Positions 20,687-32,236 of a stretch of 64,000 bases of DNA are shown piece by piece; positions within the stretch are counted from its first letter, which is position 1; every line of letters starts with the position of its first letter. Made by a program: the position numbers and the translations under genes. Below the pieces are notes generated by a model. The model saw only the letters and a list, made by a program, of their open reading frames with translations. It searched no databases and had not been told where the DNA came from. Origin of the DNA: Deltaproteobacteria bacterium (GTDB taxonomy: Bacteria; Myxococcota_A; Polyangia; Polyangiales; Houyiibacteriaceae); the NCBI GenBank assembly GCA_034670305.1, contig JAXMNT010000008.1, forward strand, positions 1 through 64,000, written 5' to 3'.

Positions 20687-22354
20687 ATGGTAGCATCGCC
20701 CGTGGCGGAACCACGCTACCGAGTCGGGCGTCGCATCGCGCGCGGCGGAATGGCGGAGGTCTTCGAGGCCGTCGTGATCGGCCGCGCCGGCTTCCAGCGG
20801 AAAGTCGCGCTCAAGCAGATGATCCCGGAGTCCGCGGGCGATCCTTCGTTCGCGCGCATGTTCGTCGACGAAGCCCGCATCGCGTCCTGTCTGCACCACC
20901 CGAACATTGTCGGCGTCTTGGACTATGGGGTGCTGGATGGACGTCCGTTCCAAGTGCTCGAGTTCATCGATGGGCTGGACGCCGGAAAGCTGGCGCGGCG
21001 GGGGCACGAACTCGACGATCCGATGACGCCAGTGGCCGCGCTGCATGTGTGCCGCGAGATCGCGGTCGGGTTGCACCACGCGCATGGCGCCCGCGATCAC
21101 ACCGGTGCGCCGCTCGACATCGTGCACCGCGACATCAGTCCCGGAAACGTCCTCGTTGGCTGGGATGGAAGCGTGAAGCTCGCGGACTTCGGCATCGCGC
21201 GTGCGCATGGACGCGAGGAGTCGACCGAAGCTGGGGTCACCAAGGGCAAGATGTCGTACATGGCGCCAGAGCAAGCGCTGGGCATGCCGCTCGACCCCCG
21301 CGCCGACGTACACGCGCTCGGCTGCACGCTTCACGCCCTGCTGACCGGACGCAGCCCCCTGAGGGGCACCGACCTCGGCCGCCGGCTGGTGGAGCGGTTG
21401 GACCCCGAACTCGATCCGTCGATACCAGAGCAAGTGGCCGCCATCATCCGTCGGGCGACCTACTTCGACCGAACGCGCCGCTACGAGACCTCGGAATCGA
21501 TGGCGGCGGCCATCGAACAAACCTTGGGGACGCAGGATCCGCGCGGACCGTTCTTGAAGTGGCTAGAGCGTGTCCACCCCTCACCCGCCCCGGCACCCGC
21601 CGCTCCGAACCTGTGGGACATCGTGCTGGTCGCTACGGACGAGGTCACGGGCGCGGCGGAGTTCGTGACCGAGACCGCCGCAGCCGGTCCGTCACGCCAG
21701 AAGGACGACCCTCCGACCGATGCCTCCGGCGTACGCGCCCGCGGGCCCGTACGCCCGTGGGCGCGACCCGCAGCGGTCGCGGGCGCGCTGAGCCTCGGGC
21801 TGGTCGTCGCGTTCGGGATCATGCTCTCGGGGGCGTCGAACCGCGTGCCCGGTCCGTTGGTTGGCGTCGACGTCGCGATCGGCGACGCTGGGCCGTTGGG
21901 CCACGACGCCGAGGCGCAGGACGTGGGTTCGGACGCACACCTCGGGGTCGACCCCGGCTCCTCCATCCTGGACGCGGGGGTGGATGCGCAGCCAGCGCGG
22001 CCCGATGCAAGACCCCGCACGAGACGGGACACGGGACCCAGCCGGTGGGACACTGGACCCCCGCCAAGGACTCCCGACCGCGACTCCCCCCTCCGCTACC
22101 TGCGGGTGATCGGCGCACCCGGGTACGCGTCCATCGACAACGCTCCGCCGTTCCCCGTCCCGGGCACCCGCCGGTTTCCGATCGGCGCCCACGAGCTGAC
22201 GTTCCGTTCCCGGGACGGGACGATCACCGCCACACGCTCGGTGGTGCTGGATCTCAGCCACACGCAACTGCAGCCGTTGCGTGTGACGGCGCCGGAGCCT
22301 CCGTCGAACACGAACCCTCCGTCGAACACCCCCGAGGAGCCGCCGGGAGACTGA
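20687..22354 (+). CDS. Serine/threonine protein kinase (Hanks type) with TM and extracellular tail
   Basis: IARGGMAEVF, VALK, HRDISPGN, DFG and YMAPEQ motifs. Confidence 0.95.
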   Translation: MVASPVAEPRYRVGRRIARGGMAEVFEAVVIGRAGFQRKVALKQMIPESAGDPSFARMFVDEARIASCLHHPNIVGVLDYGVLDGRPFQVLEFIDGLDAGKLARRGHELDDPMTPVAALHVCREIAVGLHHAHGARDHTGAPLDIVHRDISPGNVLVGWDGSVKLADFGIARAHGREESTEAGVTKGKMSYMAPEQALGMPLDPRADVHALGCTLHALLTGRSPLRGTDLGRRLVERLDPELDPSIPEQVAAIIRRATYFDRTRRYETSESMAAAIEQTLGTQDPRGPFLKWLERVHPSPAPAPAAPNLWDIVLVATDEVTGAAEFVTETAAAGPSRQKDDPPTDASGVRARGPVRPWARPAAVAGALSLGLVVAFGIMLSGASNRVPGPLVGVDVAIGDAGPLGHDAEAQDVGSDAHLGVDPGSSILDAGVDAQPARPDARPRTRRDTGPSRWDTGPPPRTPDRDSPLRYLRVIGAPGYASIDNAPPFPVPGTRRFPIGAHELTFRSRDGTITATRSVVLDLSHTQLQPLRVTAPEPPSNTNPPSNTPEEPPGD

Positions 22355-23480
22355 TCGCACTCGAGCGGCCTAGGGACTCGAAAGGGATGCGGCCGAGGTA
22401 GCCGCCGGTGCCGATGAACACGCTGTCGCCGCGGCGCTGCACCCGATGTACGTCTCCCGTGGCGCCGAGACGTCCGATCCAGCGCGGCTCCGAAGGCACC
22501 CGCACGTCGGCGACGTGCACCTGCCCGCCGGAGACAAGGGCGATGCCATCGGAGAGGGCGATGCCGAGACCGAAGCCGGACTCGTCCGGCGCCTCGAGGG
22601 ATGCCACGCGACGGCGCGCACCGAGGTCGAACACCTGAAGCATGGGCGCACTGCCGGCGACCACGAGCGTGCTGCCTTCCACCGCGCCGCGGCGGCGGAG
22701 CACGCGGCTGCCGGCGAGCTCCAAGACGAACGCGACCGAGGGCATGCGCCCGGACACGTCCACGACGAGTGCGGTGTCCGGTCCTTCTTCGCCGAACCGG
22801 CGGGCCTGCACCACGACGAGACGTCCGTCGTCCATTGCGAGCACGCTCCCGGGCTGTCCGTCGAGCGGCATGGACGCCACTTCGCGCGGTCGCGCCGCGT
22901 CGCGAACGTCGTAGCCGTAGAGCACGGCCGTCTCGCTCCGATCGACGCCCACCCAGATCGTCGAGCCGATCACGGCGAAGTCGGTGACCTGACCCCCGCC
23001 TTCGAAATCGACCACTGCGACCGAACGCGGGCGGCGGGGATTGTCGAGATCGAAGACCTCCATGCCCCCACCGCCCGAGAAGAGGTGTCCGTTCGCGACG
23101 ACGAGCGCACCTTCCGACCCAGGCCGGATCTCGGGCGTCGTGTGTACGAGTTCGACCGAGTCGCCGGAGATGTCGTGGACCTCGAGTTCGAAACTGGACC
23201 GGTACGCCAGGTCGCCGTCCCCCAGCGCGAAGGCGCCCTGGCAGAAGCAGGAGTTGCCGTCTCTCGCAGTCAGGTCCGCGGAGCACGACGCTGTTCCAGC
23301 ATCGGCTCCGGCGTCGCTTCCGGTGTCCCTCCGAGGACCCACGTCTTCCCGGAGCGGGGCGTCTTCGCCCGCGAACGCGTCCAAGGGGACGCCTCCGTCG
23401 ACTGCGTCGCCGAGCTCGTGGCTGTTGCCGCAGGCGAGCAGTGTCGAAGCGAGGCAAACGAAGGTGAGGCGTGCGTTCAT
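22254..23480 (-). CDS. LVIVD-repeat (beta-propeller-like) lipoprotein
   Basis: TLLAC lipobox and repeated units MEVFDLDNP, LYGYDVRDA, LVVDVS, LQVFDL, VHVADVRVP. Confidence 0.75.
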   Translation of the reverse strand: MNARLTFVCLASTLLACGNSHELGDAVDGGVPLDAFAGEDAPLREDVGPRRDTGSDAGADAGTASCSADLTARDGNSCFCQGAFALGDGDLAYRSSFELEVHDISGDSVELVHTTPEIRPGSEGALVVANGHLFSGGGGMEVFDLDNPRRPRSVAVVDFEGGGQVTDFAVIGSTIWVGVDRSETAVLYGYDVRDAARPREVASMPLDGQPGSVLAMDDGRLVVVQARRFGEEGPDTALVVDVSGRMPSVAFVLELAGSRVLRRRGAVEGSTLVVAGSAPMLQVFDLGARRRVASLEAPDESGFGLGIALSDGIALVSGGQVHVADVRVPSEPRWIGRLGATGDVHRVQRRGDSVFIGTGGYLGRIPFESLGRSSAISLPAAPRGCSTEGSCSTEAPAPSHATAAVACG

Positions 23481-23609
23481 GCCAAACAAGCTAGCCACCT
23501 GTGGTTCGCCAGGAAAACGATACTTCCTTCACCAACCAACAAGTATTCCTTGCCGATCTCCAGGAACCGCTGGACGCGAGGGCGTGCCGCGGCCTGATAC
23601 AGTCCGGCG

Positions 23610-24368
23610 ATGCGACTCGTCCCCAGCTTGGTGCTCGCCGCGGGCCTCCTGGGCGGCTGCGATTGCGGGGCGTCGCATGCGATCGACGGCGGATTCGTCA
23701 ACGACCTCGGCTTGCCCGAGGCGGACGCTGGGATCGATTCGGGCCGCGACGCGGGGATCCCTCCACTGCCGCCGGGCGCGTGCGAAGCGGTCTTTTCGGG
23801 CGGCGGCGAGTTCGCGTGTGGCCCTGAGACCGTGGCGCACTGCGGCGTGGAGCGCTGCTGCCGTCTGATGGCGGAGTGCGTCGACGGCCTGCTCGCACCG
23901 GGCACGGTCGGATGCGCGGCAGACCCGGTCACACCGGACTGCGGTCTCGATGCCCCGAACGCCAGGATCACGATCGTGGTCGACGGAGAGTCGCACAACC
24001 TCGAGTACGGGTACGCGGACCATGGCGTCGGCTTCGACACCCACGCGGACCTGACCTTCACCACGGACGGACGCGCCGACGTGTGCACGACGCGACGGCT
24101 TGGCATCTCGTTCCTTCCGCCGGACTTCGAAGCCGAGGACGGCCCCGCGTACAACGGAGTGCACGAAGTCCAGTTCCAGTGGTCGGACGACAGCGGCGTG
24201 GCCCCGCGCTACCGCTTCTTCAACGGCACCGTCACGATCACCTCGAGCCTCCCCTTCCGCTCCGGCGGCCCGCTCGAAGGCGCGCTGGAAGCCGACGCCG
24301 AAGGCATCGTCCTGCGCGGCTCGTTCATCGCCGCCGAGTGCGAGGAATGGCGCACGTCTGGTTCCTAG
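23610..24368 (+). CDS. Hypothetical lipoprotein
   Basis: MRLVPSLVLAAGLLGGC N-terminus and DAG linker. Confidence 0.75.
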   Translation: MRLVPSLVLAAGLLGGCDCGASHAIDGGFVNDLGLPEADAGIDSGRDAGIPPLPPGACEAVFSGGGEFACGPETVAHCGVERCCRLMAECVDGLLAPGTVGCAADPVTPDCGLDAPNARITIVVDGESHNLEYGYADHGVGFDTHADLTFTTDGRADVCTTRRLGISFLPPDFEAEDGPAYNGVHEVQFQWSDDSGVAPRYRFFNGTVTITSSLPFRSGGPLEGALEADAEGIVLRGSFIAAECEEWRTSGS

Positions 24369-24386
24369 TGTTGCCCGAACCTCGAC

Positions 24387-24944
24387 ATGCATCGGCACGT
24401 TGCCGAACGTGAAGTGAACTTCTGGGCCGAGTACCAGCGGCGGTGGCCGGCGGGACGCACCCACTGGGCGGGCGAGGCAGCACTGCGCGCGGCGTTTCCC
24501 GGCGCGCCGGACGCGCTCGTCGACGTGATCGCAGCGCTCGGCACGGGTGAACTGATCGACGGGAACCGGCTCTTCACCCTCGACGAAGCCAACGCACGGC
24601 GCGCGTCGGCACTCGCGCAACTCGCGCGCGAACGAGGGGAAGTCGTCGAGTTCGGCGCGGCGCAGTGCTTCGGACAGGGGCACGACTCGGCGCAAGCATG
24701 CCTGGATGCACTCACAGAACTGGAGCCCGTGGTCGCCGGTCTCTGCCCGCTGATGGGACCGGACGACGTGTACGATTTCGTCTACGTGGTGTGCGGCGGC
24801 GCGTGGCACGGACGGGTTGGGAACTGGTACCACGACTACCCGATCTGTGAGCTCTTCGAGGAACCGCCGGCCCACGCGGACCTCGCTGCCTTCGGCGCCC
24901 ACCTGCTCGAAGTTTCGGCGGACGACGACGCACGCCTCCTCTGA
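24387..24944 (+). CDS. Hypothetical protein
   Basis: 185-aa ORF with typical composition that fills the gap in the same orientation as its neighbours. Confidence 0.6.
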   Translation: MHRHVAEREVNFWAEYQRRWPAGRTHWAGEAALRAAFPGAPDALVDVIAALGTGELIDGNRLFTLDEANARRASALAQLARERGEVVEFGAAQCFGQGHDSAQACLDALTELEPVVAGLCPLMGPDDVYDFVYVVCGGAWHGRVGNWYHDYPICELFEEPPAHADLAAFGAHLLEVSADDDARLL

Positions 24945-24997
24945 GTTCAGGGGAGTCGATGTGACAGCACCGATGCGGCACCGGTCCCGGCGATGCC

Positions 24998-25035
24998 TTG
25001 ACCGCGGCCCACCAATCGTCTATCGACGATAAACG
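24998..25035 (+). promoter_or_regulatory. arsR promoter/operator
   Basis: TTGACC-N17-TATCGA overlapping the palindrome ATCGTC-N4-GACGAT. Confidence 0.65.
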
Positions 25036-25049
25036 TTCAGGCGACACCC

Positions 25050-25397
25050 ATGATGAAGAAGAAGCAGACCAAGAGTGCGCCTTGTTGCCCGCCGGCCGAG
25101 CCGATGCCGCCGGTGCCGAAGAGCCTCGACAAGGCCAACGCGCAGCTGGCAGCGCTCGCGAAAGCCATCGCCCATCCGGCGCGCGTCGCCATCCTGCGCA
25201 TGCTGGTCCGTCGCGAGGGCTGCATCGTCGGGGACATCGTGGACGAACTCCCGCTCGCACAGTCCACCGTCTCGCAGCACCTCAAGCAACTCAAGGACGC
25301 CGGGCTGATTCGGGGCGAGGTCGAAGGACCGCGGGTCTGCTACTGCGTCGAACCCGGCGCGGTCGCGCTGCTCAAAGCACTGGTCAACGGCTTGTGA
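25050..25397 (+). CDS. arsR: ArsR/SmtB family regulator
   Basis: [26 protein letters not shown] and VCYC motifs, N-terminal CC, upstream of acr3. Confidence 0.9.
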   Translation: MMKKKQTKSAPCCPPAEPMPPVPKSLDKANAQLAALAKAIAHPARVAILRMLVRREGCIVGDIVDELPLAQSTVSQHLKQLKDAGLIRGEVEGPRVCYCVEPGAVALLKALVNGL

Positions 25398-25441
25398 TGA
25401 CGCCCGCTTCTTCGCTCCATCCACGCATCTCCACGTTCACA

Positions 25442-25464
25442 CAATCGTCGTTCGACGATAAACG
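25442..25464 (+). promoter_or_regulatory. Second copy of the ars operator, upstream of acr3
   Basis: CAATCGTCGTTCGACGATAAACG versus CAATCGTCTATCGACGATAAACG at 25013-25035 (21/23 identical). Confidence 0.7.
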
Positions 25465-25483
25465 ATAAACGATAAGTCACTCG

Positions 25484-26497
<1,014 letters not shown>

Positions 26498-26537
26498 TGG
26501 TCCTGCGCGGCTGGGTGGCACCACGAGGCGGTCTGCC

Positions 26538-26569
26538 TTGACCCCGTAGTGGGGTACAGGGTCTACGCT
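26538..26569 (+). promoter_or_regulatory. MerR-type promoter/operator
   Basis: TTGACC, 20-bp spacer, TACGCT, with dyad ACCCCGTA-N6-TACAGGGT in the spacer. Confidence 0.85.
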
Positions 26570-26576
26570 TGTGCCC

Positions 26577-26992
26577 ATGGTCACTACGGAACCCACCTTG
26601 ACGATCGGCAAGGTCGCCGCCGCCGCTGGGCTCGGGGTCGAGACCGTGCGGTTCTACGAACGCAAAGGGCTCCTCGTTGAACCGCCGCGCTCCCAGGCCG
26701 GTTACCGGCAGTACCCGGCGGGAACGGTTCGGCGGCTGCAGTTCATCGTGCGGGCGAAAGCGCTCGGGTTCACGCTTCGAGAGATCGGGGAGCTGCTCGA
26801 TCTGCGCGCCACGCCCGGTGCTCGCTGCGCCGACGTGCAGAGCCGCGCGGAGACGAAGATCGCGGACATTGCGGACCGCATCGAGCAGCTCCGCGCGATG
26901 AAGCGCGCCCTCGGTGGGCTGGTGGCTCAGTGCGGTGGCCGAGGTCCGGTCAGTCAATGTCCGATCCTGGAAGCGCTCGACGAGGTGGCGCC

Positions 26993-26996
<4 letters not shown>
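26577..26996 (+). CDS. Heavy-metal-responsive MerR family regulator
   Basis: [19 protein letters not shown] and GYRQY motifs, with three metal-binding Cys (RCADV, QCGG, QCPIL). Confidence 0.93.
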
Positions 26997-28186
<1,190 letters not shown>

Positions 28187-28255
28187 GTCCTCGGTCCAAT
28201 TGGCCCGGTTGGGTCGCCGACTTCCACGAGCGTCAGGGCGGTGACGCCCGCAGGT

Positions 28256-28750
28256 CTACGGGGCGTGGACGATGAGTTGCTCGGGCTCCTGAAGGTAGGT
28301 CTGGAGAAACGCGTCGAATGAATCGGCGATCGGCACCGCACGCTCTTCTAGCGTGCACGTGCCCGAGCCGAGGTCGGCCCGGACCTCGGGGGGAACCCCG
28401 TCTGCAAACCGCATCAGGAAGAGTGACCGGCTCGACGCGTAGTCCGCGAAACCGACCCAGCAACGCCCCGACCCGTCCGTTTCGGTGTAGTGCGGCACCA
28501 CACCAATCGGATAGAAGGACAGCAAGTGCGCGTCGGGCGACGCGGTTCCGTCGGAGAGTTCGTAGAGCGCCCGGAACATCCGCGGCAGCAGCACGCCGAA
28601 CTTCGCTTCGAAGGCGTCCAGTGCGACCGCATCGCAGCCCGGTCGAACAATGGCACCGTCCCCGGAAGACTGGGCCGTGCTCCAGCGTGTGGCGACAAGC
28701 CTCGCGAGTGTGTCGGCACCATCGCTCCCTTCAGGGTGCTTCATGTTCAC
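28256..28750 (-). CDS. SMI1/KNR4 (SUKH) family protein
   Basis: ALDAFEAKFGVLLPRMFRALYELSDG and IADSFDAFL motifs. Confidence 0.75.
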   Translation of the reverse strand: MNMKHPEGSDGADTLARLVATRWSTAQSSGDGAIVRPGCDAVALDAFEAKFGVLLPRMFRALYELSDGTASPDAHLLSFYPIGVVPHYTETDGSGRCWVGFADYASSRSLFLMRFADGVPPEVRADLGSGTCTLEERAVPIADSFDAFLQTYLQEPEQLIVHAP

Positions 28751-29271
28751 GTCTCCGGAGTCGGTTCCGGCGCAGACTGCGCGAGTTGTTCAAGCGCCGC
28801 CGTGTAGGGCTCGGCGCGTCGTTCGGCGAAGCCGTCGATGAGGAGGCCGAGGCCGCCGCCGAGGACGAGCACCGCGCCGAGGCTGCGGCTCCAGCCCATG
28901 CCCGCGTAGTGCAGGATGAGACCGAGCGCGGCGAGGGCGCCGAAGACGAAGTAGGTCGCGCGGAAGTTCTTGTTGACCTTCTCCATCCGCGGCAGCTCGG
29001 CTTGCACCATGGCGACCGGCGACTCCGCGTGCGCCTCCTCGAGCGCGGCGACTTGGCTCTTGGTGCGCAGTCCGATGCCGAGCCCGGTCGCGATCAAGAG
29101 CAACCCGAACACGATGGCCGGAACGGCGGCGCCCCACGCGAACCCACCGCGTTCGGCTTTGAACGCGACGATCCCGAAACCGACCAACGCGAGACCGGCC
29201 GGTAGAATGAAGTAGATCGCTTCGAGCTTCTCGCCCCGGAAGTACTCGTGCATCACGTCGAGAAAAGACAT
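28747..29271 (-). CDS. Hypothetical 4-TM membrane protein
   Basis: MSFLDVMHEYFRGEKLEA N-terminus, ELPRMEKV, IDGFAERRA. Confidence 0.8.
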   Translation of the reverse strand: MSFLDVMHEYFRGEKLEAIYFILPAGLALVGFGIVAFKAERGGFAWGAAVPAIVFGLLLIATGLGIGLRTKSQVAALEEAHAESPVAMVQAELPRMEKVNKNFRATYFVFGALAALGLILHYAGMGWSRSLGAVLVLGGGLGLLIDGFAERRAEPYTAALEQLAQSAPEPTPET

Positions 29272-29344
29272 CGGACTCCGCTCCCCTGTGTGGCGGGGGA
29301 ACGTCCCCCCGCCCCGTCGCAACGATACCGGACGGTGGTCGCTT

Positions 29345-29474
29345 CGGGGTCGCGGTCGGGGTCGGCTTGTGGGTCGGGGTCGGATTCGGGGTCGGATTCG
29401 GGGTCGGATTCGGGGTCGGCTTCCTCGCCCCGAGGGCAAGGGCAAGGGCAAGGGCAAGGGCAAGGGCAAGGCAA
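29345..29474 (+). repeat. Bipartite hexamer array: (TCGGGG/TCGGAT)n then (GGGCAA)n
   Basis: TCGG units at 29345-29421 and about 6.5 GGGCAA units at 29433-29474. Confidence 0.95.
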
Positions 29475-29520
29475 CACCACGGGCACCTGCAGGGGTGCCT
29501 TGTGCGCGGTAGGGTGCGAT

Positions 29521-30609
29521 ATGAAGAACGCCGAGCGACGGGCATTGCGCGATCGATGTCGCTGGCTGAACGGGCACGGTCCGGTGAGTGCCGCCGCGCA
29601 TCTACAAGAAGTCGCCGCGTACTGTGAGGCACACGACGTCGCCCTCGACCAGTACGGCGAGGGGGCGTTCCTCGAGGGGTTCGAGTCGCAGGTGGCCGAA
29701 CGGCTGGGATTCGATGCCGCGCGCTTCATGCCGAGCGGCACCATGGCGCAGCAGATCGCGCTCCGGATCTACGGCGACCGAGCCGGCAACCCGCACGTCG
29801 GCATGCATCCGACCGCGCACGTCGAGCTGCACGAGGAGCGGGGGTACGCGCACCTGCATGGACTGCGCGCAACGCTCGTGGGTTCCGCTGGCACGCCGCT
29901 GGTCGATTCGGACTTCGAATCGCTGTCCGAACCCTTGGCTGCGCTGCTGGTCGAGCTCCCGATCCGCGAAGCGGGGGGTCAGTTGCCGACCTGGAAGGAG
30001 CTCGCAGCGCTCAAGCGTTCGGTGGGCGCGACCGAAACCCGGCTGCACCTCGACGGAGCGCGCCTCTGGGAGTGTGCGCCGCACTATCAGCGCCCCTACG
30101 CCGAGATCTGCGCGGGCTTCGATTCTGCGTACGTCTCCTTCTACAAAGGCATCGGCGCGCTGCCCGGCGCGATGCTGCTCGGCAAGCGCGACTTCATCGA
30201 CACCGCGAAGCTCTGGCAACGCCGGAGCGGCGGCAACCTCTACACGTTGACGCCCAACGCCGCGTCTGCCGCGATGCAGTTCGAATCCAGGCTCGGACAG
30301 ATGCCGCGCTACCACGCGCGCGCCGTGGAGGTGGCGACGTTGCTGGACCAGGTCGAAGGCGTGCGGGTGCTTCCCGATCCACCGCACACCAACATGATGC
30401 ACGTCTTCCTCGACACCGACTCGGAGTCGGCACGGACGGCGCGGGACCGATTCGCACAGCAGCGCGGCGTGTGGCTCTGCGGCGGAACGAGCCCCGCGGA
30501 CGCCCCAAGCATGTGCCGGGTCGAGCTGTACATCGGCGACGGCGCCCTCACCGTCGAAGACGCAGAGATCACCGACGGCTTCGAGGCGATGCTGACGCAC
30601 GGAGTCTGA
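29521..30609 (+). CDS. Low-specificity threonine aldolase family PLP enzyme
   Basis: FMPSGTMAQQ, LHLDGARLWE and YVSFYKGIG motifs. Confidence 0.9.
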   Translation: MKNAERRALRDRCRWLNGHGPVSAAAHLQEVAAYCEAHDVALDQYGEGAFLEGFESQVAERLGFDAARFMPSGTMAQQIALRIYGDRAGNPHVGMHPTAHVELHEERGYAHLHGLRATLVGSAGTPLVDSDFESLSEPLAALLVELPIREAGGQLPTWKELAALKRSVGATETRLHLDGARLWECAPHYQRPYAEICAGFDSAYVSFYKGIGALPGAMLLGKRDFIDTAKLWQRRSGGNLYTLTPNAASAAMQFESRLGQMPRYHARAVEVATLLDQVEGVRVLPDPPHTNMMHVFLDTDSESARTARDRFAQQRGVWLCGGTSPADAPSMCRVELYIGDGALTVEDAEITDGFEAMLTHGV

Positions 30610-30649
30610 GCGAGTCGCCGCCAATCCCGCCACCCCGCGGGACGGCTTC

Positions 30650-30753
30650 GCAGCGACCAGCGGTGCTGGCCTCGGGAATCGCAGCGACCAGCGGTCTCGG
30701 GAATCGCAGTGCTGGCCTCGAGAATCGCAGTGCTGGCTTCAGCAGCATCGCAG
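30650..30753 (+). repeat. Degenerate ~21-bp tandem repeat (TGCTGGCCTCGRGAATCGCAG)
   Basis: About four imperfect units between convergent genes. Confidence 0.75.
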
Positions 30754-30790
30754 CCCTCCGCATGCGGATGTAAATCGAGGAAGGTGCGCT

Positions 30791-31381
30791 CTAGGTCGAG
30801 CGAAGTTCGTCCACCATCTGCTGGGCGGCTCGAAGTGCCGCGGGTGAACGCCGCTTGCCGACGCCGAGCCCCTGAAAGGTCGAGTGGCCGTACGCGAGCG
30901 CCATCACGAGGTAGGCCACCCGCCGGCATGCGCCCAGCGTGGCCGAATGTTCTTCGGACAAGACCGACGCGAGGGTCTGCTGGAGCCGGCGGTAGACCGC
31001 GTCGAGGCGCGCCGCGATGTCTGGGTCGCGGTGTCGCAGCGCGAAGAGCTCGTCGAGCACCATGTCTTCTTCGTCCGGGTCGCCGCTGCTGAAGGGGCCA
31101 CCGAAGAGGTAGCGCAAGACGGCGTCGACGCGGCCCGTCGCGGGCAATCCATCGATCAGCGACGCGTAGGCGCCTTCGTGTTTCTGGACGATGCGCTCGA
31201 GCGCGGCCGCGATCAGGGCCTCGCGGTTGCCGATGTTGTGGCGGATCGCAGGCCGGCCGAGCCCCGCGAACGCCGCCACCCGCTCGAGCGTCGTGCCTTC
31301 GAGCCCATGCGCGGCGACGCACCGTTCGAACGCGACCAAGATCTGATCTCTGCGCTCGGCTTGGAGACTGCGGCGGCCCAC
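30791..31381 (-). CDS. TetR/AcrR family regulator
   Basis: GTG start, then GRRSLQAERRDQIL...GLEGTTLERVAAFAGLGRPAIRH HTH. Confidence 0.88.
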   Translation of the reverse strand: MGRRSLQAERRDQILVAFERCVAAHGLEGTTLERVAAFAGLGRPAIRHNIGNREALIAAALERIVQKHEGAYASLIDGLPATGRVDAVLRYLFGGPFSSGDPDEEDMVLDELFALRHRDPDIAARLDAVYRRLQQTLASVLSEEHSATLGACRRVAYLVMALAYGHSTFQGLGVGKRRSPAALRAAQQMVDELRST

Positions 31382-31382
31382 G

Positions 31383-32141
31383 TCAGGGGTTGGATCGGGG
31401 TCGGACGCGGCGCAACGTGCGTCGCGCCCAGGTGCGCACCAGCGTCGCGTCCACGCTGAAGAGGATCGGCAGCGTTCGGCCCTCGCGCCACTGGGGGTTG
31501 AGGCGTTCGTACACCTCGCCGAGCGCCAGCGCGTCCGCCGAACGCGCCACCGATGGGGAGTCCGGTACGTTCTGATGCCGCACCACGCCCGCGGCGCGAT
31601 CAAAGTCGTCCGGGTAGAAGGCCTCGGCGAACCCGCGGAGCGCGGCGGCCTTCCACGGCGTGATCTCCGGGCTGGCCAGCGCGACGACGTTGCCGGCGGA
31701 TCGGGAGAGCGAGACGAAGCTCTGCGGGTACGTCGTCGAGACGAAGTGCAGTCGGCGCACGCCGAATCGCCGCAGCGCGATCGGCACGAGCATCCACGGC
31801 GCGAGCAAGGTCTTCGGATGTCCGCGGTAGCCGGCGCGAAAGTAGAAGTACTTGGAGTAGAGCAGGAGGCCCTTCTGCGGGGTCGCACCACCAGCATGCA
31901 CCGGATGCTCCACCGGGATGAAGAGGATGGTGAAGAAGCCCTGCACCACGCCTGCCGGATCCCGGAACGTGAAGAGGCACGCATCGCGCTGGGTCACGAA
32001 CGCTCGAAAGTGCGCCCAATCTGCTTCGCGGGAGCGATGCAGGGTCAGCATCTCGAGCCGGAGCGACCAGCACGCGCGGACGACGTCTTCGTCTGCTTCG
32101 GGGCCGTGAACGAGCTGGAACCGGAGGGTGGGCCGTGCCAT
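31383..32141 (-). CDS. Hypothetical protein, possibly GNAT-like fold
   Basis: Clean 252-aa ORF co-transcribed with TetR. The FYFRAGYRG segment resembles a GNAT acetyl-CoA motif. Confidence 0.65.
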   Translation of the reverse strand: MARPTLRFQLVHGPEADEDVVRACWSLRLEMLTLHRSREADWAHFRAFVTQRDACLFTFRDPAGVVQGFFTILFIPVEHPVHAGGATPQKGLLLYSKYFYFRAGYRGHPKTLLAPWMLVPIALRRFGVRRLHFVSTTYPQSFVSLSRSAGNVVALASPEITPWKAAALRGFAEAFYPDDFDRAAGVVRHQNVPDSPSVARSADALALGEVYERLNPQWREGRTLPILFSVDATLVRTWARRTLRRVRPRSNP

Positions 32142-32143
32142 AG

Positions 32144-32161
32144 ATCATCACTGTTGATGAT
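32144..32161. promoter_or_regulatory. Palindromic operator (probable TetR site)
   Basis: ATCATCA-CTGT-TGATGAT directly upstream of the 32141 start, with minus-strand TTGACG at 32173-32178. Confidence 0.6.
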
Positions 32162-32236
32162 TTATATCCAGTCGTCAAACCGGCGCCGCCAACTCGGTCG
32201 CTGTGCGGGGCGAACGCTTTGGCCTATCTTCCGACC

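Noticed and set aside
30650-30753. Possible CRISPR array (also considered for 33589-33753)
   Set aside because: Units are contiguous with no unique spacers, and no cas genes are present.
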